This document shows, in pieces, positions 54,631 through 64,000 of a stretch of DNA of 64,000 nt. Every line of letters begins with the position of its first letter. The stretch's first letter is position 1. The position numbers and the translations under genes are program-made. The notes beneath the pieces were generated by a model. It did no database searches. It saw nothing but the letters and a program-made list of their open reading frames with translations, and was not told the DNA's origin. Origin of the DNA: Actinomycetes bacterium. Its GTDB lineage: Bacteria > Actinomycetota > Acidimicrobiia > Acidimicrobiales > SZUA-35. The stretch spans positions 20,536 to 84,535 of the forward strand of contig JAJRXF010000102.1 in NCBI GenBank assembly GCA_024276425.1, read 5' to 3'.

Positions 54631-56433
54631 CTAATCATCCAACCGTAGGGCGCGGATGAACGTGTCCGGTGGAATATCGACACGACCGATGCTTTTCATC
54701 TTCTTCTTGCCTTCTTTTTGTTTCTTTAGCAACTTGTTCTTGCGCGTGACGTCTCCACCATAAAGCTTGGCGGTGACGTCCTTGCGATAGGCCCTGACCG
54801 TCTCTCTCGCGATGATCCGACCCCCGATGGCTGCCTGAATCGGAACCTCGAATTGCTGACGGGGGATGATCGACTTGAGTTTTTCGGCCATGCTCCGTCC
54901 GTAGTCATAGGAACGCTCGCGATGGACAATGGAGGAAAAGGCGTCAACCTGCTCACCGTTGAACAAGATGTCGACTCGGACAAGATCAGCGGCCTCATAG
55001 CCATCTGCTTCATAGTCCAGGCTGGCGTATCCTTGGGTCCGGCTCTTCATCTGATCAAAGAAGTCGATGACAACTTCAGCCAAGGGAAGCCGGTAAACAA
55101 TTTCGACCCGCTCCGGCGATAGGTACTCGATCTTGCCCATTACCCCGCGCCGCGTTTGGCATAGGTCCATGAGTGTGCCGGTGTAGTCGGTTGGTGTGAT
55201 GATCGAAGCCTTCAGCATCGGCTCTTCGATTCTTGACCAGTCGCCCGATACCGGCAGTGTCGAAGGATTGTCGATATCGACTACGTCGCCATTGTTCAGG
55301 GTGATCTTGTAGGCCACGGACGGCGAGGTGGCAATTAGATTTAGGCCAAACTCTCTCTGGAGTCGCTCTCGAACGATTTCCATGTGAAGCAGCCCAAGGA
55401 AACCGCAGCGAAACCCGAACCCCAACGCGGTTGATGTCTCCGGCTCGAAGGTGAAACTGCCGTCATCAAGTCGAAGTTTCTCCAGGGCCTCACGGAAGTC
55501 CTCATAGTCATCCCCATCCACGGGATACAGACCGCAAAACACCATTGGTTGGGGCTCACGGTACCCATCCAAGGTTTCGGTGGCGCGATTGTGCTCCGAC
55601 GTAATTGTCTCACCCGATCGTGCCTCACGCACATCTTTGATACCAGCTATCAGGTAGCCAACTTGGCCGGCCTTAAGCTCATCGACCGGGCTCGGTGCCG
55701 GGTTCCTGGTGCCGATCTCATCCGCCAGATGCGTGGCATCAGCCTGCATGAAATGCAGTTTCTCTCCCTTGGTCATGGTTCCGTTGACCACTCGGACGGA
55801 GGACACCACCCCACGATAGGTGTCGAAGTGGCTGTCGAAGATGAGTGTTTGAAGGGGGCCCTGTGGGTCACCAGTCGGTGAAGGGATCCGTTGAATGATG
55901 GCGTCGAGGAGTCCCTCGACGCCATCGCCAGTCTTGGCCGAGATCCGCAGAACATCTTCGGCCGGGATGCCGAGTACCTGCTCGATCTCGGCTGCGTACT
56001 TGTCTGGGTCGGCGGCCGGAAGATCCAGCTTGTTAAGAACCGCAACAACTTCAAGGTTCTTCTCCAAGGCCAAGTACATATTGGCCAGGGTCTGGGCCTC
56101 GATTCCTTGGGCCGCGTCAACAACCAGAACGACTCCCTCGCAAGCGGCCAAGGACCGACTGACCTCATAGCCGAAATCGACATGACCAGGAGTATCGATC
56201 AGGTTGATCGTGTGACCCTTCCAATCGAGCCTCACACTTTGGAGTTTGATGGTAATTCCGCGCTCCCGCTCCAGGTCCATGCTGTCCAAATATTGGGCCC
56301 GCATGTCACGAGCTTCAACCGCACCGCACAACTCAAGCATGCGATCAGCCAACGTCGACTTTCCATGGTCGATGTGGGCAATGATCGAAAGGTTGTGGAT
56401 CTTCGATAGGTAGCCGGAAGAAGACGAGTTCAT
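54631..56433 (-). CDS. lepA: Translation elongation factor 4
   Basis: [28 protein letters not shown] and NKLD motifs plus the LepA-specific C-terminal domain. 600 aa. Confidence 0.95.
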   Translation of the reverse strand: MNSSSSGYLSKIHNLSIIAHIDHGKSTLADRMLELCGAVEARDMRAQYLDSMDLERERGITIKLQSVRLDWKGHTINLIDTPGHVDFGYEVSRSLAACEGVVLVVDAAQGIEAQTLANMYLALEKNLEVVAVLNKLDLPAADPDKYAAEIEQVLGIPAEDVLRISAKTGDGVEGLLDAIIQRIPSPTGDPQGPLQTLIFDSHFDTYRGVVSSVRVVNGTMTKGEKLHFMQADATHLADEIGTRNPAPSPVDELKAGQVGYLIAGIKDVREARSGETITSEHNRATETLDGYREPQPMVFCGLYPVDGDDYEDFREALEKLRLDDGSFTFEPETSTALGFGFRCGFLGLLHMEIVRERLQREFGLNLIATSPSVAYKITLNNGDVVDIDNPSTLPVSGDWSRIEEPMLKASIITPTDYTGTLMDLCQTRRGVMGKIEYLSPERVEIVYRLPLAEVVIDFFDQMKSRTQGYASLDYEADGYEAADLVRVDILFNGEQVDAFSSIVHRERSYDYGRSMAEKLKSIIPRQQFEVPIQAAIGGRIIARETVRAYRKDVTAKLYGGDVTRKNKLLKKQKEGKKKMKSIGRVDIPPDTFIRALRLDD

Positions 56434-56579
56434 GATTGCACAAACGCTAGCGCCACCACTGGCGGTGCCACCGCCGCGGAGGAATCTTGTTTCTTGACCA
56501 AAGACGGGGTCTTTCGCCGGTCTGGCCGCTATCGTTTCTTGGTCCTAGAAGTCTGTCGCAACGTCTCGAAGGTAAACCT

Positions 56580-56843
56580 GTGGCCAACATCAAGAGCCAG
56601 ATTAAGCGCAATCGCCAATCGGAGAAGGCCCGGTTGCGTAATCGCGCTATTCGTTCGGAACTACACACGCGGACCAAGGCGGCAGAAGCCGCCGCTGGGA
56701 CCGACAACGAAGCCGAGGCTCTTCGTTTGGCCATTCGGCGAATCGACAAAGCTGTCGCCAAAGGTGTCCTTCACAAGAACACAGGGGCCCGTCAAAAGAG
56801 TCGCCTGATCGCCCGAGTGCGGGCCGCATCCGCCGCCAGCTGA
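56580..56843 (+). CDS. rpsT: 30S ribosomal protein S20
   Basis: GTG 56580 (GAAGG 7 nt upstream) gives (M)ANIKSQIKRNRQSEKARLRNRAIRSELHT. The track ORF start 56487 is too long. Confidence 0.9.
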   Translation: MANIKSQIKRNRQSEKARLRNRAIRSELHTRTKAAEAAAGTDNEAEALRLAIRRIDKAVAKGVLHKNTGARQKSRLIARVRAASAAS

Positions 56844-56892
56844 GCCTCTTGGACACGAACCCGGCCGCCGACTTTTGGCTCTAGGTTTTCCA

Positions 56893-57900
56893 CTAGCGGC
56901 TGAGTCGAGCCAGCCGAGCAACCAGAACTTCCATCAGGACTTCGGCCTCAATAGCAGACCCCCCGCGCAAGTCGAGGTCGGTCTGGGCCAGTAGTCCAAT
57001 GGCCGAGTGAAGCCGCTCGCGTCCCAAACGTCGCGAAAGCCCAAGCGCCTTCTTGGCCGGAAACGTGGAACCCTTCATGCCCAGCCGAGCGGCCGCAGAC
57101 TTCTCGTCGTTCACCTCAAGCGCCCCATCGAGGGCCAGAGCACGCTGATAGTGGCCGTGAAGGGTGGCCATCACCTGGAGGGCGTGACGCTCCCCTCCCC
57201 TAGTCATGCGGTGCATCTTGTCCAAAGCGAGTGCAATGTCTCCCTCATCGATCGCATCGGTCAGCTCCCAGGGAGGTACATCAGAAGCGGTACCCAAATA
57301 CGGCTCAACGTCCTCAACGGAGAGTCTTGCCCCCTCGCCGTAGGAACTAATGAGCGCTTCTACAATCTGATTAACGCGCCCGACGTCATCCCCGAGGTGA
57401 TCCCCGATGGCCCGCCTTGCCGCTGGGTCAAAACGCAGCGGTGCATCAGCCAGTCGTTCGCCTAGGAGTGCCCTACGTCCCCGCCCCGAGGGAGCAGCGT
57501 CGATCTCTTGGGCTCCGAGCTCTTTCAATATCACCTTGAGGCTTTTGGGGATTGCTCCCAATCGGTTTGACGCCGATCCCTTTTCCCACACCAGCACCAG
57601 GTCCGTGGTTGGTGCGGGGTCTTGGAGGTAGTTCACGAGGCAAAGAACCTGATCGGCTTTGGTGAACAGTCCGACATTTCGGCCAATGACCACTCGGCGC
57701 TCCGTTAGAAAGGGCGGTGTGAGCGCTGCGTTGACAAGCGGTGCTAGTTCTGGCAGCCCTCCGTCAGCGAGGTAGTGAGATTCGTCCAACTCCTCGACCA
57801 TCAAAGACTTGTCCCCCGAACCCACGAAGCTCTTGACAACCCCGGCCAATTCCTGGGCAACTAGGGTCGGGTCGTCACCTTTGATAACTACTATGGCCAT
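56893..57900 (-). CDS. holA: DNA polymerase III delta subunit
   Basis: 335 aa with typical HolA layout, in the conserved position between comEC and rpsT. Starts MAIVVIKGDDPTLV. Confidence 0.85.
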   Translation of the reverse strand: MAIVVIKGDDPTLVAQELAGVVKSFVGSGDKSLMVEELDESHYLADGGLPELAPLVNAALTPPFLTERRVVIGRNVGLFTKADQVLCLVNYLQDPAPTTDLVLVWEKGSASNRLGAIPKSLKVILKELGAQEIDAAPSGRGRRALLGERLADAPLRFDPAARRAIGDHLGDDVGRVNQIVEALISSYGEGARLSVEDVEPYLGTASDVPPWELTDAIDEGDIALALDKMHRMTRGGERHALQVMATLHGHYQRALALDGALEVNDEKSAAARLGMKGSTFPAKKALGLSRRLGRERLHSAIGLLAQTDLDLRGGSAIEAEVLMEVLVARLARLSR

Positions 57901-58778
57901 CCAATGACCTGCTCGCTCGTGAGTTCGGTGTGGCGGACCGATGTCCTGGCCCTGGTCGAGAGTGACTCAGCCATGAAATCTGCTATCCGCCGTGAGGCAC
58001 GGACATCATGGGCACGCAGAACCCGACAGCCTCCGAGTATGCCAACGACGTGGGCCCCCATCGTGCCGGCGGCCACATCGTGACGATCGGTCTCCAGAAG
58101 TTCAAAGAGGAACCGCTTGTTCGAAGCAGACAGCAGGAGAGGGAAGCCAAGCTTGGCGATTTCCTCGGAGCGATGCAGGAGCTCCAGCGATTGGGAAGCG
58201 ACCTTGCCCAAGTCCAATCCGGCGTCAACGATGATCCGCTGTGGCGGTATGCCAGCGTCGAGGGCCCTTTGGGATCGCTCGACAAGAAAACCTCGAACCT
58301 CAGATAGGAGATCGTCATAAATCGGGTCCGGATCATCAACTCGCGGGGCCAGGCGAATGTGGGTAGCAACCACTGATGCTCTACCTTTCGCCGCGACGTG
58401 AAGGTAGTCCGCGTCGGCAAAGCCACTGATGTCGTTGCCGACGCTTGCCCCAGCCTCGATGCAATGATTAAGTACCGTGGCTCGCCAGGTATCAACCGAG
58501 AGTGGAACGTCGAAACGCTGATCAAGTGCCTCGATGGCAGGAACTACCCGCTCTAATTCTTCTTCCTCAGAAACGAACTCGCCCGGGCCAGCCTTCACTC
58601 CACCAATATCAAGAAGGTCGGCCCCGTCATTAACTAACTGATCTGCCTTGGACAGGAATTGGTCAAATTCCCAGTACTGGCCAGCGTCAAAAAATGAGTC
58701 TGGGGTACGATTCAGAATTCCCATCACCAGGGCGCGATAGGTCACGTCGAATCGATGAGACCCCAACTCCAGAAGCAC
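57891..58778 (-). CDS. Dihydropteroate synthase family protein (FolP2-like variant)
   Basis: VMGILNRTPDSFFDAG, DIGGVKAGPG, DAGLDLGK and RAHDV are colinear with E. coli FolP GILNVTPDSFSDGG, DVGGESTRPG, DPGFGFGK and RVHDV. Confidence 0.85.
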   Translation of the reverse strand: MLLELGSHRFDVTYRALVMGILNRTPDSFFDAGQYWEFDQFLSKADQLVNDGADLLDIGGVKAGPGEFVSEEEELERVVPAIEALDQRFDVPLSVDTWRATVLNHCIEAGASVGNDISGFADADYLHVAAKGRASVVATHIRLAPRVDDPDPIYDDLLSEVRGFLVERSQRALDAGIPPQRIIVDAGLDLGKVASQSLELLHRSEEIAKLGFPLLLSASNKRFLFELLETDRHDVAAGTMGAHVVGILGGCRVLRAHDVRASRRIADFMAESLSTRARTSVRHTELTSEQVIGWP

Positions 58779-58818
58779 TCGACGAATCTAGCGGCTGCGC
58801 CGCCCCACCGACACAGCC

Positions 58819-60633
58819 TCATGGTTGGCGGAGTTCAACACTAAGACCACCGTCGCCAGGTCTGATCTCCAGCCACTGCTCCTGGCCTACACGAATCTGG
58901 ATGGGCTTCTTGAGACGGGTCGCCCCGATGGCTCGATGATCTGGTGGGGCAACAACTAACCCCAGGCCGGCCACCTCCCCCAGTTGCCCCAAGAGCGCCC
59001 CGTTGGAGCGGCTGCCGCGTTCTAGCACAACGAGGTCAATGGTGAGGACTCTCTGTTGAACCAGAGAGTCCACAAGTCGGCCGTCAGCCACGCTAGAAAC
59101 GATGAGAACTGATGGGGTCTGGGTGGTGGGTGGCCACCACTGTCCACCTCCACGAAGGAGTGCTCGCTCCTGGGGTGGATTGGGCACGTTGGTTATCCAA
59201 AGCAGACCAAGACCAATTACTGCCACCGACCGGATGAAGGATGCGAAGAGTGTTTGCCGTCCTCGAACATGCCAGATCGTGATGCACCCAGCGAGCAGCA
59301 CAATGGCCGCCGCCGGTCCCAGTGCCGGAGCCGGCAGCCGGGATCCCAAAGCGGCAACACGCGCGATCCACTCAACCAGAAGACCAGCGGGGAACTGGAC
59401 CAATCGTCCCAGCGAAGTCGGGAGGAAACCCGCCACCACTCCCGAAGTCAGGCCGAGCGTCATGACGGCTCCCGCCGCCCATCCGGCCATGACGTTGGCC
59501 GGAACCGAAACCAGTGAGAGCGGCCCAAATACAGCAATTAGTAGTGGGGCAACACCAAGCTGGGCGGCCAGAGTCACGGCCAGGGGTTCTGCAATCCAGC
59601 GAGGTAGCGCCAATCTTCTCACGATTGAAGGTCCCAGCAGAAGGATTCCAAGCGATGCGGATACCGAAAGGATGAACCCAACGGAGTAGACCAGCATCGG
59701 GTCAATCAGAATGAGCACGGTCACCGCTAGCCCGAGTGTCCGCAAACCACGAGAGCGTCGGCCGATGGCGACCGACCAAGCGGCTATTCCTGCGGTGGCG
59801 GTTGCTCGAAGAACTGAGGGCTCCAGCCGAGTCGCGAGGGCGAAGACTCCAAGAGCAAGGAAGGTGAGACCAAGGCGACCCGTAAGACCAAGGCGGCGAA
59901 GCAGGGGCCCAAGCACCAATAGTACGAAGGCCACGTTTTGACCCGAAACGGCAAGCAGGTGGGACAGCCCGGCCTGCCGAAACTGCGCCCGTTGAGACAA
60001 TGGTTGGAAGCGGTCATCCCCAATGACAAGGCCGAGATACAGATTTCGAGTACCGGGGTCGACAAGATCTGCTCCCGAAATAACCACGGAGCGCAGCCAC
60101 TCAGAAGGTCGCTGATAGAACGGTGGCCCAGACACAACACTCACCTCGGTCAAGGACAAGCGGCCGACAAGGTGGCGAGAGCGGCTCCATGAAGATGGAA
60201 GAATCGGTCGAATCGTGCCCTCTATCTGGACCGACATTCCGGCCGTAGCCACACGGAGTGGGTCAGCAGCGAAGCCAGCACCATTCAGAATCAGCCTCTT
60301 GCCCGATGCAAGCCTGACCTCGGCCCGCCATCCATTCGTCGTCGGCTTGGGATCCGTCACCAGCTTGGCGGTCCCCGAATAGATCTGACTCGACAATGGC
60401 CGGTAGGCCTGTCCGGCACTCGTACCCAGCAACACTGCGCTGGTGAGCACGACCGAAATCACCAATAGCTGCCGATTGGCAACTATGGCCAGCCACAGGG
60501 CCAGGCCAAGGATTGCGAGCCCACTCAGAACGCCAAACTGGCTTCTTGCTGGCAACCGTTCGCCCAGCCCAATACCAACCCGACAACCAATGGCCGTGAG
60601 CAATGCAAGTAGCAGAACTCTGCTTTCGCTCAT
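58819..60633 (-). CDS. comEC: ComEC/Rec2 family DNA internalisation channel protein
   Basis: Polytopic membrane protein with the competence-domain motif GLSHLLAVSGQNVAFVL. Confidence 0.88.
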   Translation of the reverse strand: MSESRVLLLALLTAIGCRVGIGLGERLPARSQFGVLSGLAILGLALWLAIVANRQLLVISVVLTSAVLLGTSAGQAYRPLSSQIYSGTAKLVTDPKPTTNGWRAEVRLASGKRLILNGAGFAADPLRVATAGMSVQIEGTIRPILPSSWSRSRHLVGRLSLTEVSVVSGPPFYQRPSEWLRSVVISGADLVDPGTRNLYLGLVIGDDRFQPLSQRAQFRQAGLSHLLAVSGQNVAFVLLVLGPLLRRLGLTGRLGLTFLALGVFALATRLEPSVLRATATAGIAAWSVAIGRRSRGLRTLGLAVTVLILIDPMLVYSVGFILSVSASLGILLLGPSIVRRLALPRWIAEPLAVTLAAQLGVAPLLIAVFGPLSLVSVPANVMAGWAAGAVMTLGLTSGVVAGFLPTSLGRLVQFPAGLLVEWIARVAALGSRLPAPALGPAAAIVLLAGCITIWHVRGRQTLFASFIRSVAVIGLGLLWITNVPNPPQERALLRGGGQWWPPTTQTPSVLIVSSVADGRLVDSLVQQRVLTIDLVVLERGSRSNGALLGQLGEVAGLGLVVAPPDHRAIGATRLKKPIQIRVGQEQWLEIRPGDGGLSVELRQP

Positions 60634-60643
60634 CGAGGGCCGC

Positions 60644-61339
60644 TCATCGAATCACGACCTGATCGATCATCGCCGCCAGCTTGGCCGGTCCAATCCCCCG
60701 AACGTCCAGCAGCCCTTCGGGGGACGAGAACAGCCCATTGTCGTCGCGATGTTTGACAATGGCTGCTGCGGTGGCGGGCCCGACCCCAACAAGACGCTCC
60801 AACTCGCTAGCCGATGCCAGGTTGATGTTGACTGATCCAGGCTCTCGGTCAACTCGGCCATTGAGGCCAGGGGGCGAATCAGGCGGTAGGACCTCGCCCA
60901 CCCGCGGCAACCAAATCTGAACACCATCGGATAGGGCAGCCGCCAGATTCAGGCGTTGAAGGTCGGCCTCGGAGGTTGGGCCGCCGGCGGCATCGATGGC
61001 GTCCAAGACTCTTGAGCCGGGAGGCAGCGAGAAGACGCCCGGCTCGCTGACCGCTCCCGTCATGTGCACGATGAGCGGCGCATCCAAGGGTGACTCAAAC
61101 GGTTCAGGTTCGAGTGTGGCCTCGGGAATACGTTGTTCCACCGGTATCACTTGTGACGGTCGGCTGAGCCACCAGGCGAGTCCAAGCAGCCCAAGTACGA
61201 CCACGACCGAGACCGCGGCTGCGCCCGGCCGATTGCGCATTTCGTCAAGCCGAAGAAGGACGTCGTCAACTCGTTCGGGCAGTGTCGCTGGTGGCTGATC
61301 GTCGTCAGTCTCAAAGGGTGAGAGCACCCGGTTCCCCAA
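60644..61339 (-). CDS. comEA: ComEA family DNA-binding protein (SLBB + tandem helix-hairpin-helix)
   Basis: VNINLASASELERLVGVGPATAAAIVKHRDDNGLFSSPEGLLDVRGIGPAKLAAM. N-terminal TM segment. Confidence 0.88.
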   Translation of the reverse strand: MGNRVLSPFETDDDQPPATLPERVDDVLLRLDEMRNRPGAAAVSVVVVLGLLGLAWWLSRPSQVIPVEQRIPEATLEPEPFESPLDAPLIVHMTGAVSEPGVFSLPPGSRVLDAIDAAGGPTSEADLQRLNLAAALSDGVQIWLPRVGEVLPPDSPPGLNGRVDREPGSVNINLASASELERLVGVGPATAAAIVKHRDDNGLFSSPEGLLDVRGIGPAKLAAMIDQVVIR

Positions 61340-61420
61340 TCCTCAAAAACGTGTCATGGGGGAAGTTCATTTGGGGAAGGTTCGGTCAGAAGCGAGCGAG
61401 CAACCAGAACGTCGAGTTTA

Positions 61421-62143
61421 CTAGAAAAGCTTGGTTGACAGCTTTCGCCTCCACTCAGGCGTGCTTGGGTTGTCCGGACCGAGCACCTCGAGAAGGTCTA
61501 CAAACTCTGCCCGAGCCGCATCGTCGGTCTTGACGCGGTCGAGAAGCTCGGCCAGGCGACTCTCGATCGTGGCGTCCTCGATAGCCTTGTCAGCTGCTCC
61601 GGTCCTTGCTCTGGCAGCCAGGTGGCGAAACTCTTCGGTCTCGGGTACTCGACCGAGGTATTGGAGAGCCTCATCGTGTCGACCCTTGTCGATGAGTAGT
61701 TCGGCCAGGGCCTTGATGGCGGCCTCGTGACCAGGATCAGTTTCAAGGATGGCCAATAGGGACTCCTCGTCCCCAATTGTCAGTAACTCAGCCATTGATT
61801 GTTCGGACTCAGAGGGAAGCAACTTCTGCACGAACTCTCGGATCTCAGCTTCGGGTTTTGCCCCCATGAAGCCGTCGACAATCTGGCCGTCCTTCATGGC
61901 ATAGACGGCCGGGATCGATTGAACTTGGAAGGCCTGGGATGCGGCCGGGTTTTCATCGACGTTGATCTTGGCTAACAACACCTTGCCATTCGTCTCAGCA
62001 ACGACCTTCTCAATCATTGGTCCCAGAGTTCGACAAGGCCCACACCACGGCGCCCACAGATCAACAACAACTGGCCGGGTCATGGACTCGGTCAAAACGT
62101 CTGCCTCAAAACTGAGGTCGGTTACATCGATCATTGCCCACAA
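61421..62143 (-). CDS. Thioredoxin-domain protein with a C-terminal TPR-like extension (YbbN/CnoX architecture, active CxxC retained)
   Basis: VVVDLWAPWCGPCRTLGP followed by a helical repeat region. Confidence 0.88.
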   Translation of the reverse strand: MWAMIDVTDLSFEADVLTESMTRPVVVDLWAPWCGPCRTLGPMIEKVVAETNGKVLLAKINVDENPAASQAFQVQSIPAVYAMKDGQIVDGFMGAKPEAEIREFVQKLLPSESEQSMAELLTIGDEESLLAILETDPGHEAAIKALAELLIDKGRHDEALQYLGRVPETEEFRHLAARARTGAADKAIEDATIESRLAELLDRVKTDDAARAEFVDLLEVLGPDNPSTPEWRRKLSTKLF

Positions 62144-62253
62144 GGCTAGGCGCCCCTAGCCCAGATTTGCTCGCCTCTGACCGTGGTGTAGGTTGACCGT
62201 CAGTTCGGCGGCTTCAAGCCCCTGCCAAGCATGTCCGCAACGAAAGGCAATCC

Positions 62254-63288
62254 GTGAAGATTGATGGTGGATTCAGTATCGACGCTAACCCTACGGTTGC
62301 CGGACAACGAGCGGCCGAACAAGAAGCGGCGGGGTACGACGGCTTCTGGGTGCCGGAGACAGCGCATGACCCGTTCCTCCCCCTTGCGTTGGCCTCCCAA
62401 ACAACCTCCACTATCGAGCTAGGCACCTCGATTGCGGTTGCCTTTGCTCGCAACCCAATGACCCTGGCGAACACCTCCTATGATCTTCAGCTTTATTCCA
62501 AGGGGCGCTTTGTCCTGGGGATGGGCAGCCAAATCAAGCCCCACATCACCAAACGATTTTCGATGGAGTGGAGCAAGCCTGCGGCCAGGATGCGAGACAT
62601 GATTCTGGCCATTCGGGCCATCTGGGAGAGCTGGAATGAAGGCTCTCGCCTCAACTACCGGGGCCAGTTCTATACCCACACATTGATGACCCCATTCTTC
62701 GACCCAGGACCCAACCCCTTCGGGAACCCCAAGATTTTCCTGGCTGGTGTAGGCCAGCTCATGACCGAAACCGCTGGCGAAGTGGCCGACGGCTTCTTTT
62801 GCCATGGTTTCACCACCGAGCGGTACCTGCGCGAGGTCACAATCCCCGCCCTTAATCGGGGCCGAGCCAGGGCGAACAAAGGTCCGGTAACCGACTGGGA
62901 CTCAAACTTCGAGATCGTTGGTCCGTCCTTTATTGTGACCGGGGAAAACGATGAGGACATGGTAAAAGCATCCCAAGCCACGCGCCAACAAATCGCCTTC
63001 TACGGTTCGACCCCCTCCTATCGACCCGTTCTCGACCTCCATGGCTGGGGTGGTCTGCAAGACCGACTCAATGTCATGTCCAAGCAAGGTCAGTGGGAGG
63101 AGATGGCCGATCTTATTGATGAGGAGATTCTCAACGCCTTCGCGGTGGTGGGTTCGCCCGAGGCGATCGGCCCCGAACTCCAGGCCCGCTACGGAGATGT
63201 CATCCAACGGCTCAGTTTCTATGCCCCATACAAGTCGGACCCAAAAAGATGGGCCAGCGTCATGGCTAATCTCAAATCGGGCGGCTAG
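62254..63288 (+). CDS. Luciferase-like monooxygenase (LLM) family, probable F420-dependent oxidoreductase
   Basis: GTG start. N-terminus MKIDGGFSID..AAGYDGFWVPETAHDPFLPLALA and IAVAFARNPMTLA are typical of the LLM F420 subclass (recognised from memory, not searched). Confidence 0.8.
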   Translation: MKIDGGFSIDANPTVAGQRAAEQEAAGYDGFWVPETAHDPFLPLALASQTTSTIELGTSIAVAFARNPMTLANTSYDLQLYSKGRFVLGMGSQIKPHITKRFSMEWSKPAARMRDMILAIRAIWESWNEGSRLNYRGQFYTHTLMTPFFDPGPNPFGNPKIFLAGVGQLMTETAGEVADGFFCHGFTTERYLREVTIPALNRGRARANKGPVTDWDSNFEIVGPSFIVTGENDEDMVKASQATRQQIAFYGSTPSYRPVLDLHGWGGLQDRLNVMSKQGQWEEMADLIDEEILNAFAVVGSPEAIGPELQARYGDVIQRLSFYAPYKSDPKRWASVMANLKSGG

Positions 63289-63314
63289 GAAGCCGTATTT
63301 CTAGTCGATCTCGT

Positions 63315-64000
63315 CTAGTCGATCTCGCTCAGGACCTCATCAAGGTACCGGCGACCGAGTTGAGCGTAGCTTGGCCGGTCACTGGAGTTGAGGGTCAGAA
63401 CCACCCCGATCGACAATGCCCATGCCCGAGCTCGTGTCACAGTGTCGCCATCGCGGCCCAAGATCGTCAGGGCCTCGCTTCGGCGGTCGGCGTCGAATAG
63501 TGACCATAGACAGCCAAGGTCGCAGGCCGGATCGCCTGAGGTGAGATCGCCCCAGTCAATAACTCCGCTGAGACGCCCCTCCATGGTCGTGACGTTCCCC
63601 GGATGAAGGTCGCCATGAAGCCATTGGGCTGGTCCCCGATGTTCTGGTGTTGCCACCGCTTTGCGCCAATAGCGGAGCAGAGGTTGGTATTGGTCCTCAG
63701 CCAACAGGTCCGCTTCCAGTATGTCGGAAAGTTGTTTTTCGGTCCGCTCGGCTCGCTCGGCCAAGCCCAGACCACGGTGGGGGTTTTCGGGAGCCTCTTG
63801 GGGGGCGTCATGATGAAGCACATTGAGGAACTCGGCCAATTGTTGGGCCGCTTGGCCAGACTCCCTAACCGGCTCGGTCAAGGCATCGTTTCTGGGAATC
63901 CACGGACAGACGCTCCACGGGCGTTCGAACGTTTTCGAGCGCACTCCGATTCGGACTGGAACCGGGACCGGAAGTGGCAGCATTGGTGCCAGTAGAGGAA
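63315..64000 (-). CDS. Aminoglycoside/choline-kinase-like phosphotransferase (APH family), 5' end outside the window
   Basis: WLHGDLHPGNV (Brenner motif) and GVIDWGDLTSGDPACDL. The reading frame stays open to position 64000. Confidence 0.8.
   Translation of the reverse strand, partial: PLLAPMLPLPVPVPVRIGVRSKTFERPWSVCPWIPRNDALTEPVRESGQAAQQLAEFLNVLHHDAPQEAPENPHRGLGLAERAERTEKQLSDILEADLLAEDQYQPLLRYWRKAVATPEHRGPAQWLHGDLHPGNVTTMEGRLSGVIDWGDLTSGDPACDLGCLWSLFDADRRSEALTILGRDGDTVTRARAWALSIGVVLTLNSSDRPSYAQLGRRYLDEVLSEID

Overview
GC-rich chromosomal core segment. Gene content and order look like Actinomycetota, possibly an Acidimicrobiia-like lineage (inference only, no search was run). The minus strand carries the conserved housekeeping supercluster comEA-comEC-(folP-like)-holA / rpsT / lepA-hrcA-dnaJ-rsmE ... 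phoH-ybeY-CNNM-era ... uppS-recO ... glyQS-ppdK-dnaG-sigA. The rest holds a coiled-coil protein, a DEDDh/GIY-YIG nuclease, trpD, RNase P RNA, PBP1A, an M16 peptidase, and a CoA/lipid-metabolism block (acyl-CoA synthetase, two acyl-CoA dehydrogenases, a molybdopterin oxidoreductase, SelO, a class III aminotransferase, a CaiB-type CoA-transferase). There are three tRNAs (Val-TAC, Met/Ile2-CAT, Asn-GTT). I see no transposases, integrases, CRISPR arrays or recognisable defence or toxin-antitoxin genes, so I cannot point to a multi-gene novel system. The strongest unusual signals are: (1) a Bcp/PrxQ peroxiredoxin with an in-frame TGA exactly where the peroxidatic cysteine should be, making it a candidate selenoprotein or else a pseudogene; (2) a 17-nt x4.4 tandem repeat that multiplies the start codon of the CNNM/TlyC gene into a chain of ATGA-coupled mini-ORFs; (3) a divergent spacer with a perfect 19-bp palindrome followed by a 24-nt x3.3 in-frame-capable tandem repeat upstream of the molybdopterin oxidoreductase; (4) short tandem duplications that recur at gene termini; (5) a perfect actinobacterial LexA box on the DEDDh/GIY-YIG nuclease gene; (6) a hypothetical protein with a ParB-type N-terminal GLGKGL peptide but no ParB domain. 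Start codons were refined by eye from Shine-Dalgarno context and are approximate. All family assignments come from motif recognition, not database searches.
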